Source of the DNA: Balamuthia mandrillaris
Lineage: Eukaryota
Reading direction: 5' to 3'
Assembly (NCBI GenBank): GCA_031835245.2
Contig: JAVKOQ020000011.1
Coordinates: forward strand, 310,001-374,000
Length of the DNA: 64,000 bases
Both the position numbers and the translations under genes were made by a program. Under the pieces are notes generated by a model. That model was not told the origin of the DNA. It made no database searches and saw only the letters and a program-made list of their open reading frames with translations. How positions within the stretch are numbered: the first letter of the stretch is position 1; each line of letters opens with the position of its first letter. This document shows positions 51,282 through 63,780 of this stretch, piece by piece.

Positions 51282-53752
51282 ATGAGCGGCAGGAAGGCAT
51301 CGAACACGCTGGAGGACGTGGCGTGGGAGCTGACTCTCGGCTTGGACTCCCAGAGTGACTACGACCCCAACGATTTTGGCTCTGCCGCTACTCATCAGCG
51401 AAGAACGCGGCAGAAAAAACCCTCCGAGCATGCTTCCTTGGAGAATAACAACAGCAAAGCAGACAAGAGGAGGGGCAACAACAAAGCTGCCACAGCTGTC
51501 GTTGCCAATGAGCCAGTCCGACGAAGCAGCAAGAACAAGAAGAAGAAAAAGAAGCAGAGAAGAAACCAGAAAAAACTCGCTCTCTCCAACCCTCCTCAAG
51601 ACTCCTCCTCTCTTCCATCTTCTTCCTCTTCTCCACTTTCCTCTTCGTCTTCCGCTCCATTCAACAAGAAAGAGGCTGTGGAGCGTGTCTTGAACGCCGC
51701 TCCAGGTCTTCCTGAAGAAGTCTGGGCTCTCATCTTCCAAAACTACCTGTTGCAGCCGTCTTCATCAAACGACTTTGAAGAAGAAGGCTCTTCTTCTTCT
51801 CCTTTCTTTCCGCTGAAGCAACAACAGAAGCAAGAAGAGAAAGGCGCAGCGAAAGACCGTCATCATCTGCTTCAAAGACAGCTTCAGCTCCAAACGAGAC
51901 GTCAACATGCTGCCACGCTGCTGCAGGTCTGTCATCACTGGCGCCAGTTGGTGCTCAAGCTGCGGAACCAACATCGAGTGAAGCCCAATCAATGGAAACT
52001 CTCGTCTTCTGTTTTGGCAAACAAAAAGGAAAAGGAAGACACCGGGCTGCTTTCATCTTCTGCTTCCTCCTCTTCAGTTGCTGCTTCTTCTTCTTCCTCT
52101 CCAGCTGATCTGCCTTCTTCAGCTGTCTCTGCTTCCGATCTTTCTTCTGCTTCTTCTGTTGGTGGTGGTGATCCTGCCTACGCTTCTTCGTTGGCAGCCG
52201 CTGAAGCATATCGACTTCAAATGACAAGCAAAAAGAACAAGAAAAACAATAACAGCAACAACAAAACAACGACAAAGCATCAAATAACATTGGATGATCC
52301 AAGAGAAGAAGACACCAAAGTTTCAGCATCGTTGCCAGTGAATTTGTTATATGGAGAGGAAGGCGAGGAGCTGCTCTTTCTCTCTCGTTATTGCCAAAGA
52401 TTGCAGCGACTCGACCTGAGTTGCTGTTGGAGCATTACCGATGCTACTCGCTCCTTTCCTAGTTCTCTTTCTTCTACTCCTTCCTCTTCTTCCTTCTTTC
52501 TTTCCTGTTGTCTACAACAAATGCCATATCTTCGAGAGCTCAGCCTTCAATCCTGTCATTTCCTTCAAGAAGGCATGTTGCGAGAACTGCCTTCCACCAT
52601 TCAAGTGTTGGATTTGAGCTTCTGCAGCCAGCTGTATGACCACGCTTTGACCTGTTTGGCGACTCTGTCTTCGTTGACAGCTTTGGATTTGAGCCATTGC
52701 CACGGCATCACAGCAGAAGGAGTGAGAGCCCTTCCTTCCTCGCTGACTGCTCTAAACCTCTCCAACTGCTTTGGCGTCACTCTTTCTTCTTTTGTCGATT
52801 CTTCTTGCGCCGTGGAAGAGAAAGAAAAAGAAAAAGAAGTAGACGAAGACGGACAAGAGCCAGAACCAGAAGAACCATACGAACTGCGAATTGAACGCTT
52901 CTCTTCTCACCTAAAAGAACTGTTCCCAAAACTTCAACACCTCGACATTTCGGGGCTACGAGTGGATCAAAACGCACTCTTCAGTCTTCGCGGAATGACC
53001 TGCCTTCAAACGTTGATCATGCACGATCCTCTCTTCCTTCATCTCCCAGAACAGCTCCATCTTTGCGACTGTCTCCCAGAGAGCTTGGTTCGCTTAGAGA
53101 TGAGCAACGTAGAGTTTGTGGAATATGGAACTGCCTTTCTTCGTCGCTTGACTAGTCTTCGCTGTCTCTCTTTGTTGGGATGTCATATTGGAAACGGAGA
53201 TGAGACTGATGAAGCGCTTGCGCCTCTCTCTGGATTAAAGGAGTTGCGATGCTTGACACTAGCTGGCAGCAAGGTCTATGACCGAGATGTGGCTTGCTTT
53301 CCTCGTTCTGTGACTGCATTAGACTTATCGCACTGCAATTATCTTTCTAGCGTTGCTATGTCCATTCTTCCTCCTCATCTCAAACGATTGAAGGTAATTC
53401 CCTTCTTTCTTCCGCTTGATTTCATGTTCTTAACAAACCACAACAGATATCTTCTTGTCGAAGACTTGATGACAACGCGTTAAAAGGGCTTCCCTCAGGG
53501 CTCGAAGAATTAGACCTGGAGGATTGCTATAAGAGCTTCACCGGAGCGACCTTCAAGCACCTTCCTCAAAGCCTTAAAGTGTTGAACGTGGTGAACCTTC
53601 CTTTATTAAGCGACGAGAGCTTGATGGGACTGCCCAAAGGCTTGCAGCACCTCTACTTGTTGAAGCACGCTCGTGGCATAAGCAAGGCCACTTTACGTCG
53701 CCTTCACCCTCGTCTGCAGATCCACTTGTGTTTTGTTTCGCAACCCTCTTAA
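51282..53752 (+). CDS. F-box-like/leucine-rich repeat protein
   Basis: LPEEVWALIF...LLQVCHHWRQL; LRRs LDLSCCWSITD, LDLSFCSQLYD, LDLSHCHGIT. Last exon 53447-53752. Confidence 0.85.
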
Positions 53753-53757
53753 CAACG

Positions 53758-54110
53758 CCTACATTCAACTTGCATATTATGCAAATCTTGCGCATATGCG
53801 GGGGTATGTCCTGAAGCGCCAGAAAGCGCAAGAGGATGTTCCTGGCCGCGTGGCCGTCTCTGTCTGCCGTCAAACCACAACTTCCACTTGCCACAGGTCT
53901 TGGAGGTAGAGGCCTCGTCACAGACCACCACCCGGCAATTGTTCAGCAACCACCGACGGAGTCGATAATTATCAGCCGCGCATCTCCCTGGCCGTTTTGG
54001 TGCTGATGCGTCTCTTGGTCCGCCGCTCTCGAACTCTGGGAGCAACACCAAGGCGTGGTTCTGCACCAACCAGAGAGAGTGTCACCTTCTGGTGCAACCC
54101 ACCCACCACG
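53758..54110 (-). pseudogene. Decayed Fanzor2/TnpB 3' fragment with terminal hairpins
   Basis: Broken frames LHQKV..WLVQNHALVLLPEFES, YRLRRWLLN, VVCDEASTSKTCGK and CGLTADRDGHAARNILLRF parallel the copy at 11.3-11.7 kb. Confidence 0.85.
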
Positions 54111-54192
54111 CTGAGAAATGTAGAGCCTATTTTGTCGACATGACAACTCGATAGAAGGAGGTGATGCTAAGGAAGCCAAAGCGGTTCAACAA

Positions 54193-54264
54193 AGCCCCAT
54201 GGTGTAGTTGGTAACATACCAGGTTTTGGTTCTGGTGCCCTCAGTTCGATTCTGGGTGGGGCTG
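54193..54264 (+). tRNA. tRNA-Gln (TTG)
   Basis: Acceptor stem AGCCCCA/TGGGGCT; D arm TGGTGTAGTTGGT; anticodon arm CCAGG-TTTTGGT-TCTGG; T loop GTTCGAT. Confidence 0.93.
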
Positions 54265-54270
54265 CATCAC

Positions 54271-54279
54271 TTTTTTTTT
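54271..54279 (+). terminator. RNA polymerase III oligo-T terminator
   Basis: T9 run starting 7 nt after the tRNA 3' end. Confidence 0.75.
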
Positions 54280-54446
54280 GTCACATAGGTGGTAATGGCG
54301 AAAGGAAGAAGAAGTGGGTGACACCTGTTGGAAGTTTGGTTGGTTATTCTTTGACGAAAAAAAAAATGGAAACGGCATGCACAACTAACAAAAAATAATG
54401 GAAACCCAACTTTCGTTCTCTGCTCTCTTTCCTCGTTTCTCCCTTT

Positions 54447-55570
54447 TTACTGCTCCACCATGCGGAAGAGCACATCAAAGACGGACCACCCAAAGCGCTC
54501 CGTGAAGCGCTTGCAAAACTCGACGCCAGCATAGCTATTGCCGATCTTGTCCAAGGGAGGGCTCCACACGCAGATGCCCATGACGCCAGGCACCACGAGG
54601 AGGATGCAGCCGCTCACACCGCTCTTGGCCGGCAAGCCGGTGGTACAGGCCCACTCGCCGGAGTAGTCGTACATGCCGCAGGAATACATGATCTGAAGGG
54701 CGTTCTTCACCGTGTTGAAGCCCAGCTCCTTCTTTTGGGAGAGAGGACTGGTGCCGTTGTTGGCGAAGGTGGCGCCGATGGAAGCCAGTATCTCACAGGT
54801 CACCTCCAAAGAGCAGACTGTATAGAAGAGTTGCTCATCAGCAGGGTCACAACAAAGAAGGTAAGAAGAAGAGAGGAGACATACGCTGAAGGTAAAAATC
54901 ACAGGCTTCCATGATGTCAACCTTGGGAGGGAATGCGTTCTGAGCCTTCATGAAGTTTGCCAAGGCGTAGTTGGTGTAGGCGGTGTCTTTCTCGGAAAGG
55001 TAGGTGGTCTGGCTGAAGCCTACCTTGAGGCCACCTGCAAGGTCCGACACCCTCTGCTTGAGGTAGCTGAAGCGGAGGGAGCCAGTCATCTCTGGCTTGA
55101 AGAGGCTGCTCACCATGATACCTCCAGAGTTGATGACGGGATTGTGTGGTTTCTTGTCGTCGTTGAGGGTGAAGTCGTTGAAACGTCTGCCGCTGGGCTC
55201 TCTGCCGACATACTTGTGCAACTGGAGAAAGATATCAGAATAACAAGACGAAGAAAAGAAGAGCAAGTGATAAGAAGCACGTACCACATCAGTTCCAAGC
55301 TCTTCAAGGGAGATAGCGTAGAGAAGAGCCTTGCCAACGGACTGGCAAGAAAAGTCCATGTTGAAGTTGCCATAGTTGTACCTCTGGCCATCAACAGTCA
55401 TGATGGAGAGACCGAATAGGGTGGGGTCCACTTGGGCCAGCTCTGGAATGTAGTCAGCGTTACGGCCTTTGCCTGCACAATCCTTGCGAACTTGCTCGCA
55501 CATCTCTGTTACATCTCTGCCATTTTAATTAGTGATAGAGGTGAACGAATCAGATAGAAAGACATAGGAT

Positions 55571-55635
<65 letters not shown>

Positions 55636-56710
55636 TACGTGGTAAATTTGATCCAGTTGTTGACGCTCAGTTCATCCTTCAACGCACGTTGAAGCAATCC
55701 TTTATGAGCTAAAGATCATAAACAGAGCATCCGTCAGTAAGTTCTACAAAGAAAGAGAGATGTGGAAGTAGAAATTCGACTTACATTCTCTGAAGAGCTC
55801 TCTGAGCTTGGGCCAAGAGATGCAAAGGTTGGCCTCCGTAATCTGATCCAGCTGTTTGCTAAGAACAGGCAACCTGTTGGCCTTCAGGCCAAACTCCTTG
55901 TAGAGCATGTTCTCCACGGCGTTGCGGCTGATTGTCTCAATGGTGCCGTCCTCGGAGAGATCGATAAGCTTTTGCTTAAGCTTCTCCAGCTCTTCTTCCG
56001 TTTGTACGGCATCGAGGCTCTGCTTGGCCGTTTGTTCTGTCTTCATGGAAGCTCCATACTCTCTCAGCACCTCAGCGACTTCATTGTGAAGATGAGCAAT
56101 GGCTCCCTATTGTTTTTTTGTTTCTTTAGAACGCCAAAGCAAGAAAGAGAATCAAGAGAAGAGAAGAAGTACCCTCAAAGGAGTGGTGCCCCAGCGATCA
56201 GCCGCGTTGACGTTGGCGCCTTTGGAGATGAGGTACTTGACGACCTCGGTGCGGCCCTCCTCAGCCGCTAAGTGCAATGGTGTTCTGCCGTCATAGTCTT
56301 TTCGTAAAAGACAGGACATTGAAAAAATGTCAAAAAATATAGAAAGAAAAACTAAGAAGAAGAGAATATATATGTTACCAGCAGTATTGGGCGATACGCT
56401 AGTGTTCTCGAGGAGCTCCTTCAAGGTATCCATGTTGCCATCGGCAGCAAGGCCACACAGGATCACTGACGCTGAAGTGTATTTGGCAGCAATCTCTGTC
56501 CACGTGTTTTAAATTGTAAACAAATGAATAACAATGAAAGAAGAAGAAAGCAGCAAGAGAGAAAGAAGCGGAGGTGGAAGGGGTTTCTGTACCTTCGAAG
56601 GTTTTGGGGTGAGCTTTGGCAAAGTCCTGGAAGCTCGGTGTGCGTTGCAGCATGTGCGGACGCTTCTCTGTGCCTTCATGCTGTTGCTGCTGTTGCTGCT
56701 GGTCTTCCAT
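54447..56710 (-). CDS. Glutaminase with N-terminal ankyrin repeats, multi-exon
   Basis: ADYIPELA; catalytic SxxK in [38 protein letters not shown]. Ankyrin [15 protein letters not shown]...DRWGTTPL lies upstream of the catalytic domain. Confidence 0.93.
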
Positions 56711-57240
56711 GGTTTTTTTTTAATGCGTTGTTGTAGTTTTAATGCAACGAGAAGGAGAATGCCTAGAGAGAGGAGCAACCCTGACTGTTTGAAGCAAGAC
56801 CACTTGTTTGAAAAAAAAATAATAACGAAGAGGACGGAAAAGAATTTACCGAATCTCAACCCAAATATCCATCCTGGGTTGTACCTGAAGCAAAGGAGGG
56901 GAACTGTGTGCCGGTCTTCAAGAAAATGTGGTAAGCCCCGGGAACAACCCCGCGGCTGCCAAGAAGAACATGACGCTTCGCCAAACTTTGCATGTTCCCC
57001 ATCTTTGGACAATGTTACCCCTCCCCTGCTTTTCCTTGATTTTTGCTGACGTGTGGTGCCGGTTGGTTAAAGGTTCAACTCCCACCGGCAACATCTTTGA
57101 TTTCGAGCAATATGTGTGCTCAAATGGTGCAGCGGAAATTTAAGGAACCACCTAAAACTAATTGCATTCTTTTAAAGGAGAATTATCGCAAAAAAAAAGA
57201 AAAGAAAAAGAAAGAATAAAAAAAAAGAAGGGAATAAAAC

Positions 57241-58315
57241 ATGAGTTTGGCCAAGACAAAGTTGAGGGAGTGCGAAAGGCGGCTGCGCAACCTGGGCATC
57301 AAGTACGTCCGCTTCGAGCAGTCCGACTATGCCGGAGTGTCGCGGTCCAAGCGCGTGCCCACCCAACACTTTGCCCGTTACGCCAGCAAGGGGCTCAACT
57401 TCATCGGCGGCATCCTCAGCCACGACATGAACTCTGACTTTGTGGAGGGCACCGGCTTTGCTGAAGAGGTATGCTTGTCCAACGTTGTTTTTTCTTTTCT
57501 TTTGTCCGTTGCGAAAACACAACAAAAATTTTTTGAAGGTGATTTTATATAAGATTAACTTCTTCATATATTTTTTGTGTATTCATCGTTTATTTTTTTT
57601 ACTGCTTTTACAGATTTTTTCTTTTCTTTTTCTTTTTCTTTTATTTTCATTTTTTTATTTTTATTTTCTTTTCTTTTTTCTAAACAGTTTTTTGTCCCAC
57701 AAACAAACAAAAAAAGGGAGGCTATGCGGATCACCTCTTGGTGCCCGATCTGGACACGTTCCACCCGATCCCTTGGCAAAAGGACTCTGCCCGCGTCATC
57801 TGCGACGTCTTCCACCTGGACGGGAAGACGCCGGTGGAGGCCGCCCCTCGCATGGCCGCAAAGAAGATGCTGAAGGAGCTCCAGTCCGCCACTGGCTTTG
57901 AGATCATGTCTGGCTTTGAGTATGAGGTTTGTTTTTTTACTCTTTTGTTTTTTGCTCTCTTGTCTAGTTTTCCCTCTCTTTTTCTCCTTTTATTCTTTTC
58001 TTTTCTCTTCTTCTCTTTTTCTTCTTTTACTTCTCTCTTGTCGTTGCTTTCTGTTTCTCCTCTTTTCTTTCGTGCAGATGTTCTGCTTCTCTCAAAGAAA
58101 AATAGCGATTGGGCTGAACGTTTTCTATTCCAATATTTGTTTTGGTTCAGTTTTACTTGAAGGACGCCAAGACAATGCAGCCACTCTGGAAAGACTCTAT
58201 GGTGTATGCCACTCTCAGAAATGAGATACACAACGCCTTCTCCGACGAAGCTGTTGAGGCCATGATTCAATCTGGCGTTGATGTCATTAACTATATCTTT
58301 TTTCTTTTTTCCTTT

Positions 58316-58352
<37 letters not shown>

Positions 58353-59470
58353 ACTCTCTTTTAAAAACCATTGTAGTATTTTATGCCTTTACTTTATTTT
58401 GTTTTGTATTTTACATCACTCTGAATATGGACCTGGCCAATATGAGATTAACTGGGCGCCTGCATGGGTACTTTCTCTTTCCTCTTTGCTCATTGCCACT
58501 TCCTTCCTCCCTCCCTTGTCCTCTCTTCCCCCTTCTGATACAAACCCAAAACAGGACATTGCTGCAGCGGACCACGCTTTTCTCTTCAAGACAGGCATCA
58601 AGGAAATAGCAGTGAAGCACGGACTGATGGCGTCCTTCATGACCAAGCCCTACATAGACAAGGATGCCTGTGGTTGTCACATCCATCAATCGTTGTGGAA
58701 GGATGGACGCAACCACATGTTCGATCCCAACCACGAGTTCAAGTTGTCTGAAACTGCTCGCCACTGGATTGCTGGCCAGCTGCTGCACGGTAAATTATTC
58801 TTATTCTCATTAGAAGCGATAAGAGAGAATGAGAGAAGAGCAACATGAGAGAGAGAAGCAGAAAAGACTAACAATTTTGCACAACAGCACCAGCATTGTA
58901 CGCAATTACAGCGCCAACCATCAACTGCTCGAAGCGTTTCCGCCCTGGTGTCTTCGCCCCCACGCACATCAACTGGGGCGTTGAGAACCGAACCAGCGGC
59001 ATTCGGGCCATCGTCTCTGGCGAGAGCGACACCCACATCGAGAATAGGTTCGGCACCTCTGCCACCAATCCTTACTTGGCCATGGCCGCCACCATCGCTG
59101 CCGGTCTGGATGGCATCCTCAACAAGGTGCCTCTGCCTGCCCCCACTCAGGGAAGCACCTATCACAACACTGCTCAGTCCTTCCCTCAACTCCCCACATC
59201 GTACGTTTTTACCTTTTCTTTCTCTTTTCATTCTTCTCCATTGGTTTTGTTGCTAAATTATTTTTATAAAGGTTGGAAGGTGGGTTGGCCGCGTTGGAAA
59301 AGGACAAGGTGATCAAGGAGGCGTTGGGTCCAGCCCTCGTCCAAGCCTTCACAACAATAAAGAAGCACGAGATCGCAAAGGCCAAGAAGCACAACCCTCA
59401 CTACGGCCAACCCGCCTGGAACAACGAGGTCACTGCTTGGGAGACCAACAACCTGTATGAGTTCATGTAA
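57241..59470 (+). CDS. Glutamine synthetase family protein (GSI/lengsin-like or gamma-glutamyl-amine ligase), multi-exon
   Basis: DYAGVSRSK, LVPDLDT, GFEYE, SEYGPGQYEI, ASFMTKP, CGCHIHQSL, KRFRPG, WGVENRT, HIENR, NPYL. Confidence 0.92.
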
Positions 59471-59626
59471 GACATGATATGGACAACTTGCAACCAAACC
59501 AACAAACCACCGAACGCCTTTTTTTTGTCTTTCTTAATACACTTCAATAAGAACACCACAGAATTCTTTCTTCTTCAGCCGAAGAGACGAAGGGGTGGGC
59601 GTGGATAGCGAGCGAAGAAGGAGCCA

Positions 59627-59769
59627 GGACATGAGCGTAGATATGAGATTAGTTAAGAGAGAGGATATGAGCGAAAGTCCCAGATAGGGGCGTGGACATG
59701 AGCGTAGATATGAGATTAGTTAAGAGAGAGGATATGAGCGAAGGGGCTAGATAGGAGCGTGGACATGAG
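59627..59769 (+). repeat. 67-bp tandem repeat (two copies plus a partial third)
   Basis: GGACATGAGCGTAGATATGAGATTAGTTAAGAGAGAGGATATGAGCGAA at 59627 and 59694; GGACATGAG again at 59761. Confidence 0.9.
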
Positions 59770-59799
59770 AGAATTACAAGAAGAAAGAAGCAAAAAAAG

Positions 59800-60793
59800 A
59801 TGAGAAGAAGAAAGGCTGGGGAGGAGGAGAGGGTCGAACAGTCTTCACAGGAACAAAAGACCAGCGTTGCCTTTGTTGCTCGCCAAGAACAACAAGGCGG
59901 CAGCTTTCTTGTGCCACAGGAAGACTACTTGGAGCGGATCACAAAACAGCGGCTGGTGCAACAGGCAGAGAGCGCACCCAAAGTCAGTGCCAGGAGGGAA
60001 GTGTATGGCTTTGTTTGTTGGATTGCAACTTTTGGGCTTTGGGGTACCCTTTTTTTTCCTTTCTTTCTTTCTTTGTGGTTTTTACTGACACAACCAAGTG
60101 GCCTACATGTTGTGGGCTTATTTACCTGACGAATGGCTTCATTCGATGGGCATCTATTACTATCCTTCCAAGTAAGTCAGTCGCTCTCTGGTGTTATCTT
60201 GCTCTCCTCTTCCAAGATTAAATGGTGGGTCTTCTTCTTTCTTAACTACCAAAGGTACTGGTCGATAGCGGTGCCAGCATGGATTTCACTCTCTGGCGTG
60301 CTGGTCTTCTTTTTCTACATGGAGCTGACGATGCTCGACACAGATGACCTCGACAAGCACACCACTCACATTGGTTTGACTCTCTCTGCTTCATCTGCGC
60401 ATCTTTGCTTGCCCACTTGATCTCTTTTGTGTCTAGTCTCTCATTCTCTCTTTTATGTCTTGCTTTCTCGTCACTTTCTCATCTCTATTCTATTGTTCAT
60501 GTGCAGACAAACTTTCAAGGAAGGGAATAGAGGGACTGGACCAGAATGCCATTCTTGGACTACATCTGCTTTGCCAACGGGACGCAAAGTTACTCTCAAA
60601 GAAGGCAAAGCAAGAACATGAAGAGAAACAGAAACAAGAAAAGAAAGCAGAAGTGGAAGAGGATGAAGAGGATGAGCAAGGAAGCGAAGAGGAAGTGCCG
60701 CCTATTGCAGACTTGCCAATCGAAGTCGTCAACATGTTCCTCTTTGACAACGACCGACAGACAACTACTGGCACTTCTTCTCGGCATCTCTGA
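59800..60793 (+). CDS. PIGP: GPI-GlcNAc transferase subunit P (PIG-P/Gpi19), multi-exon
   Basis: EVYGFVCWI, LWAYLPDEWLHSMGIYYYPS-KYWSIAVP, IADLPIEVVN. Confidence 0.88.
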
Positions 60794-60829
60794 ACTTGAA
60801 CAAAGTATGCTCTGCCCTCTAACTTATGT

Positions 60830-61454
60830 TTAATGGCCCACAACATCATAATTGGCATGAAGGGGATAATGCTCTTTCATAGTATCTTCTATCCGCTGCA
60901 CGATGGACTCGAAGGAAGGTCTCCGCTCCGCATTGTTCTGCCAACACTCGCTGATGAGCTTGCAATATTCTGGCAGACCTCCTTCGGCCGTGGCCTTGTT
61001 GCGAGGTATGGCCGGCCGAAGGCCTCTCACGATCTTATCCTCCAGCTGGCTGAAGAACCGTTCCTGCCCAAAAAAGTCTTGCTGGGTGAGCATCTCCCAA
61101 AGGATGACGCCAAAGCTGTAGACGTCCGCCTTTTCGGTGTAGGTGTTGGTCTTGATGATCTCAGGCGCAAGCCACACGGGGTTGTCCACCTTGCGGCCGC
61201 GCAGCTCTCCTATCATTTGTTGGGAGGCTCCAAAGTCGGCCACTTTGGCCAGCACTGTGGCGTGCTCTGATTGAAGTCCTTCTACCAACTGTAAGCAAAG
61301 GAATAGGAATGGAGCAAGTCAGAAGTCCGCGCAGAACAGAAATGGAGAAAGATACTAACCAAAACATTGGGCGACTTAAGATCTCTGTGAACCACTGTAA
61401 AAGCAAAGATAACAAAGTCAAAAACGGAGTTGAAGGGGAAGGGGAGAGAGAGAG

Positions 61455-61505
<51 letters not shown>

Positions 61506-63746
61506 ATCTGCACAAACCAGGAGGAAGAGCTGAATGAAGGTATCGACAGCCTTTAGCGATGTCCTTTGCCAGCTTGAACATCATGGGATGCCACCGCTCC
61601 GCATCCTCGAACAGCGGTTTGTGCTTCTCGTTGTGAAGGAAGCTCCACAAGTCACCTCCGCCCAAGAACTCCACCACTATGCAACACGGCGACAAAGTGA
61701 AGCCCTCCAAGTTGACCAGATTCGGATGTCTCAATTTGCTTTTGAAGAGAGGTCAGTCCAGTACAATCGCTTTCTGAAATGAAGGAAGGCAGGCAATGAA
61801 TTGAGTTACCTCATCAACCAGATCTCTCGTCTAAACTCATCGAAAGCAGCAGAGCTCTTCAGGTCCGTTTTAAGCTTCTTGATCGCCACCAAAACACCAT
61901 CCTGTCCTTCCACTGTGCCACTTCTATTTCTCTGGGTGCGCTTCTTGTCTTCCTTAACTTTTTCCGTTATCATTTTCTCCTCTTTGCTTTGTTGTGCTTG
62001 TTTTCTTCGGAGCAACGTTCCTTTGTAGACAAAAGCAAAACTGCCTTCGCCGATTTGTTTTGTGTATTTGAGTTGGTCATGGCGAAGGCGATTACTGCGC
62101 AGATGTAGCATTGCCAAGTCCGGAACCAATAAGGAGACTGGCACCGCTGGGCAGGCTTTGCTTGCTTCCAAGAGAGCTTTTTCTCTACGAGCTAATCGTT
62201 GTTCTTTTTCTTCGTCTTTTTCCTTTGCCTTTGGTTCCTCCCATTCTATTTGTTTGCTTTTGTCAGAGGGAAGGAAGAAGAACAAGAAGAAGTGGAGATT
62301 GACCTTCGTGATGGCCACAGTACATGAAAAGACGGAGATGTTGTGCTGCATTCTCACATGCCCCCAACTCATAATAAAAAGGCTCTTTGGCTTCTTTCTT
62401 TTGGTAGCAATGTGAGCATAACACGCCAACTTTCGGCTGCATGGAAAGCATGTGATTAGTAAAGAAAGAAACGACAACAAAGAGAAAGAAAGAAAGAAGA
62501 AATATAATCATAATTGTTAACGTACGTTCACTTGATACCAATCTTCCAAGAAAGCGTCAACACAAGAAGCGATTAGAACCATACAGGTGAACTGGTCATT
62601 CGTATGTCCTTCTTCTTCTTCCTCGTATGGTGAAAGTCCCACTTTATCCTGGTGAAAGTCTCGCATGGAAGAAGACAATGGCTTCTTTATCGTAATGTTG
62701 AACTCTTTTTTCTCAGGAGACGTTTCTAGTATTGCTATCTCCTTTCCCTGTTAACGAACAAGGAAGAGATTAGAAGGTAGAAAGATTTAAAAAAAAAAAG
62801 AACAAAGAACAAAGAATAAATATGTACACAAGAAATAAGCATGCCGAACTTCCAAAAGGTCAAAATGTGAAAGTCAGGTTCAGCTATCAATCTAGCCATC
62901 ACTCTGCTAAAGAAGCCACTCGGAAGGTACTCAAATTGATATCGCCGTCCAAAGAAGAAGTAACCATCTTGGTTCGTGTTTCCTCTTTCAAACTGGTCAA
63001 ATAAAGACTGTTGTGTCGTTGGGCGAACAATCGGCAACAAGCTCGGAATAAGCAGATAGCGTTCATTTGTTTGTTGTTGCTGAGGAATGTTGTTCACTGA
63101 TGCTGTTGATGTCACAATGTCGAACGATATCTCGAAGAGGTTAAGCAGAGAGAGCAAGAATGGATGTAAGTGAGGAGGGTAGTCTGGTTCTTGCCAGATC
63201 TGAGGCAACGCTGAGAAGTAAAGCAACCCTTCTTTGGCCCATTTGTGTTTTGTGGTGATGATTGTACTCATCATCTAAGTGTGAGGAAGAAGCATAGAAG
63301 TGAGTTTTTTTGGGGAGAAAAAAATAAAAACAAAATAAAAAGACCTTTGTGAGCCACTGAGGACTCAGGATTACAAGATTGTTCAGCTTTTCATCCTTTT
63401 CAAAGTAGATCAGAGACCCAAAGTTGTGAAGGAAACAAGTTGCCGTTAGTAAGTCTGACTCGTTGTCAATTCCACACAAACGTCCTAACGCTTTGTGCTC
63501 TGTTTGTGAAACAGAATAAGACGAGGCCAAAAGCGTTAGTGCTTGTTGAAAACAAGGACAAGAAAAGCATAAATACCATCCCAACTGATAATAGGAGGGT
63601 GACGTGATTTGCGTTCTTGCAAGATGGTCGTCTGCAGCTGAATGTAGCTATTGGGTACTTCCTCTCCCATATGAGAAGAGGTGCTCAACAACTCTTCTAT
63701 CTTGTTCACCAGCTCCGGTAATCCCTGCAACGAGTTCATTAGTATT

Positions 63747-63780
<34 letters not shown>

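Noticed and set aside
59627..59769. CRISPR-like repeat-spacer pattern
   Set aside because: Only two full units, linkers similar to each other, no cas genes, eukaryotic context.
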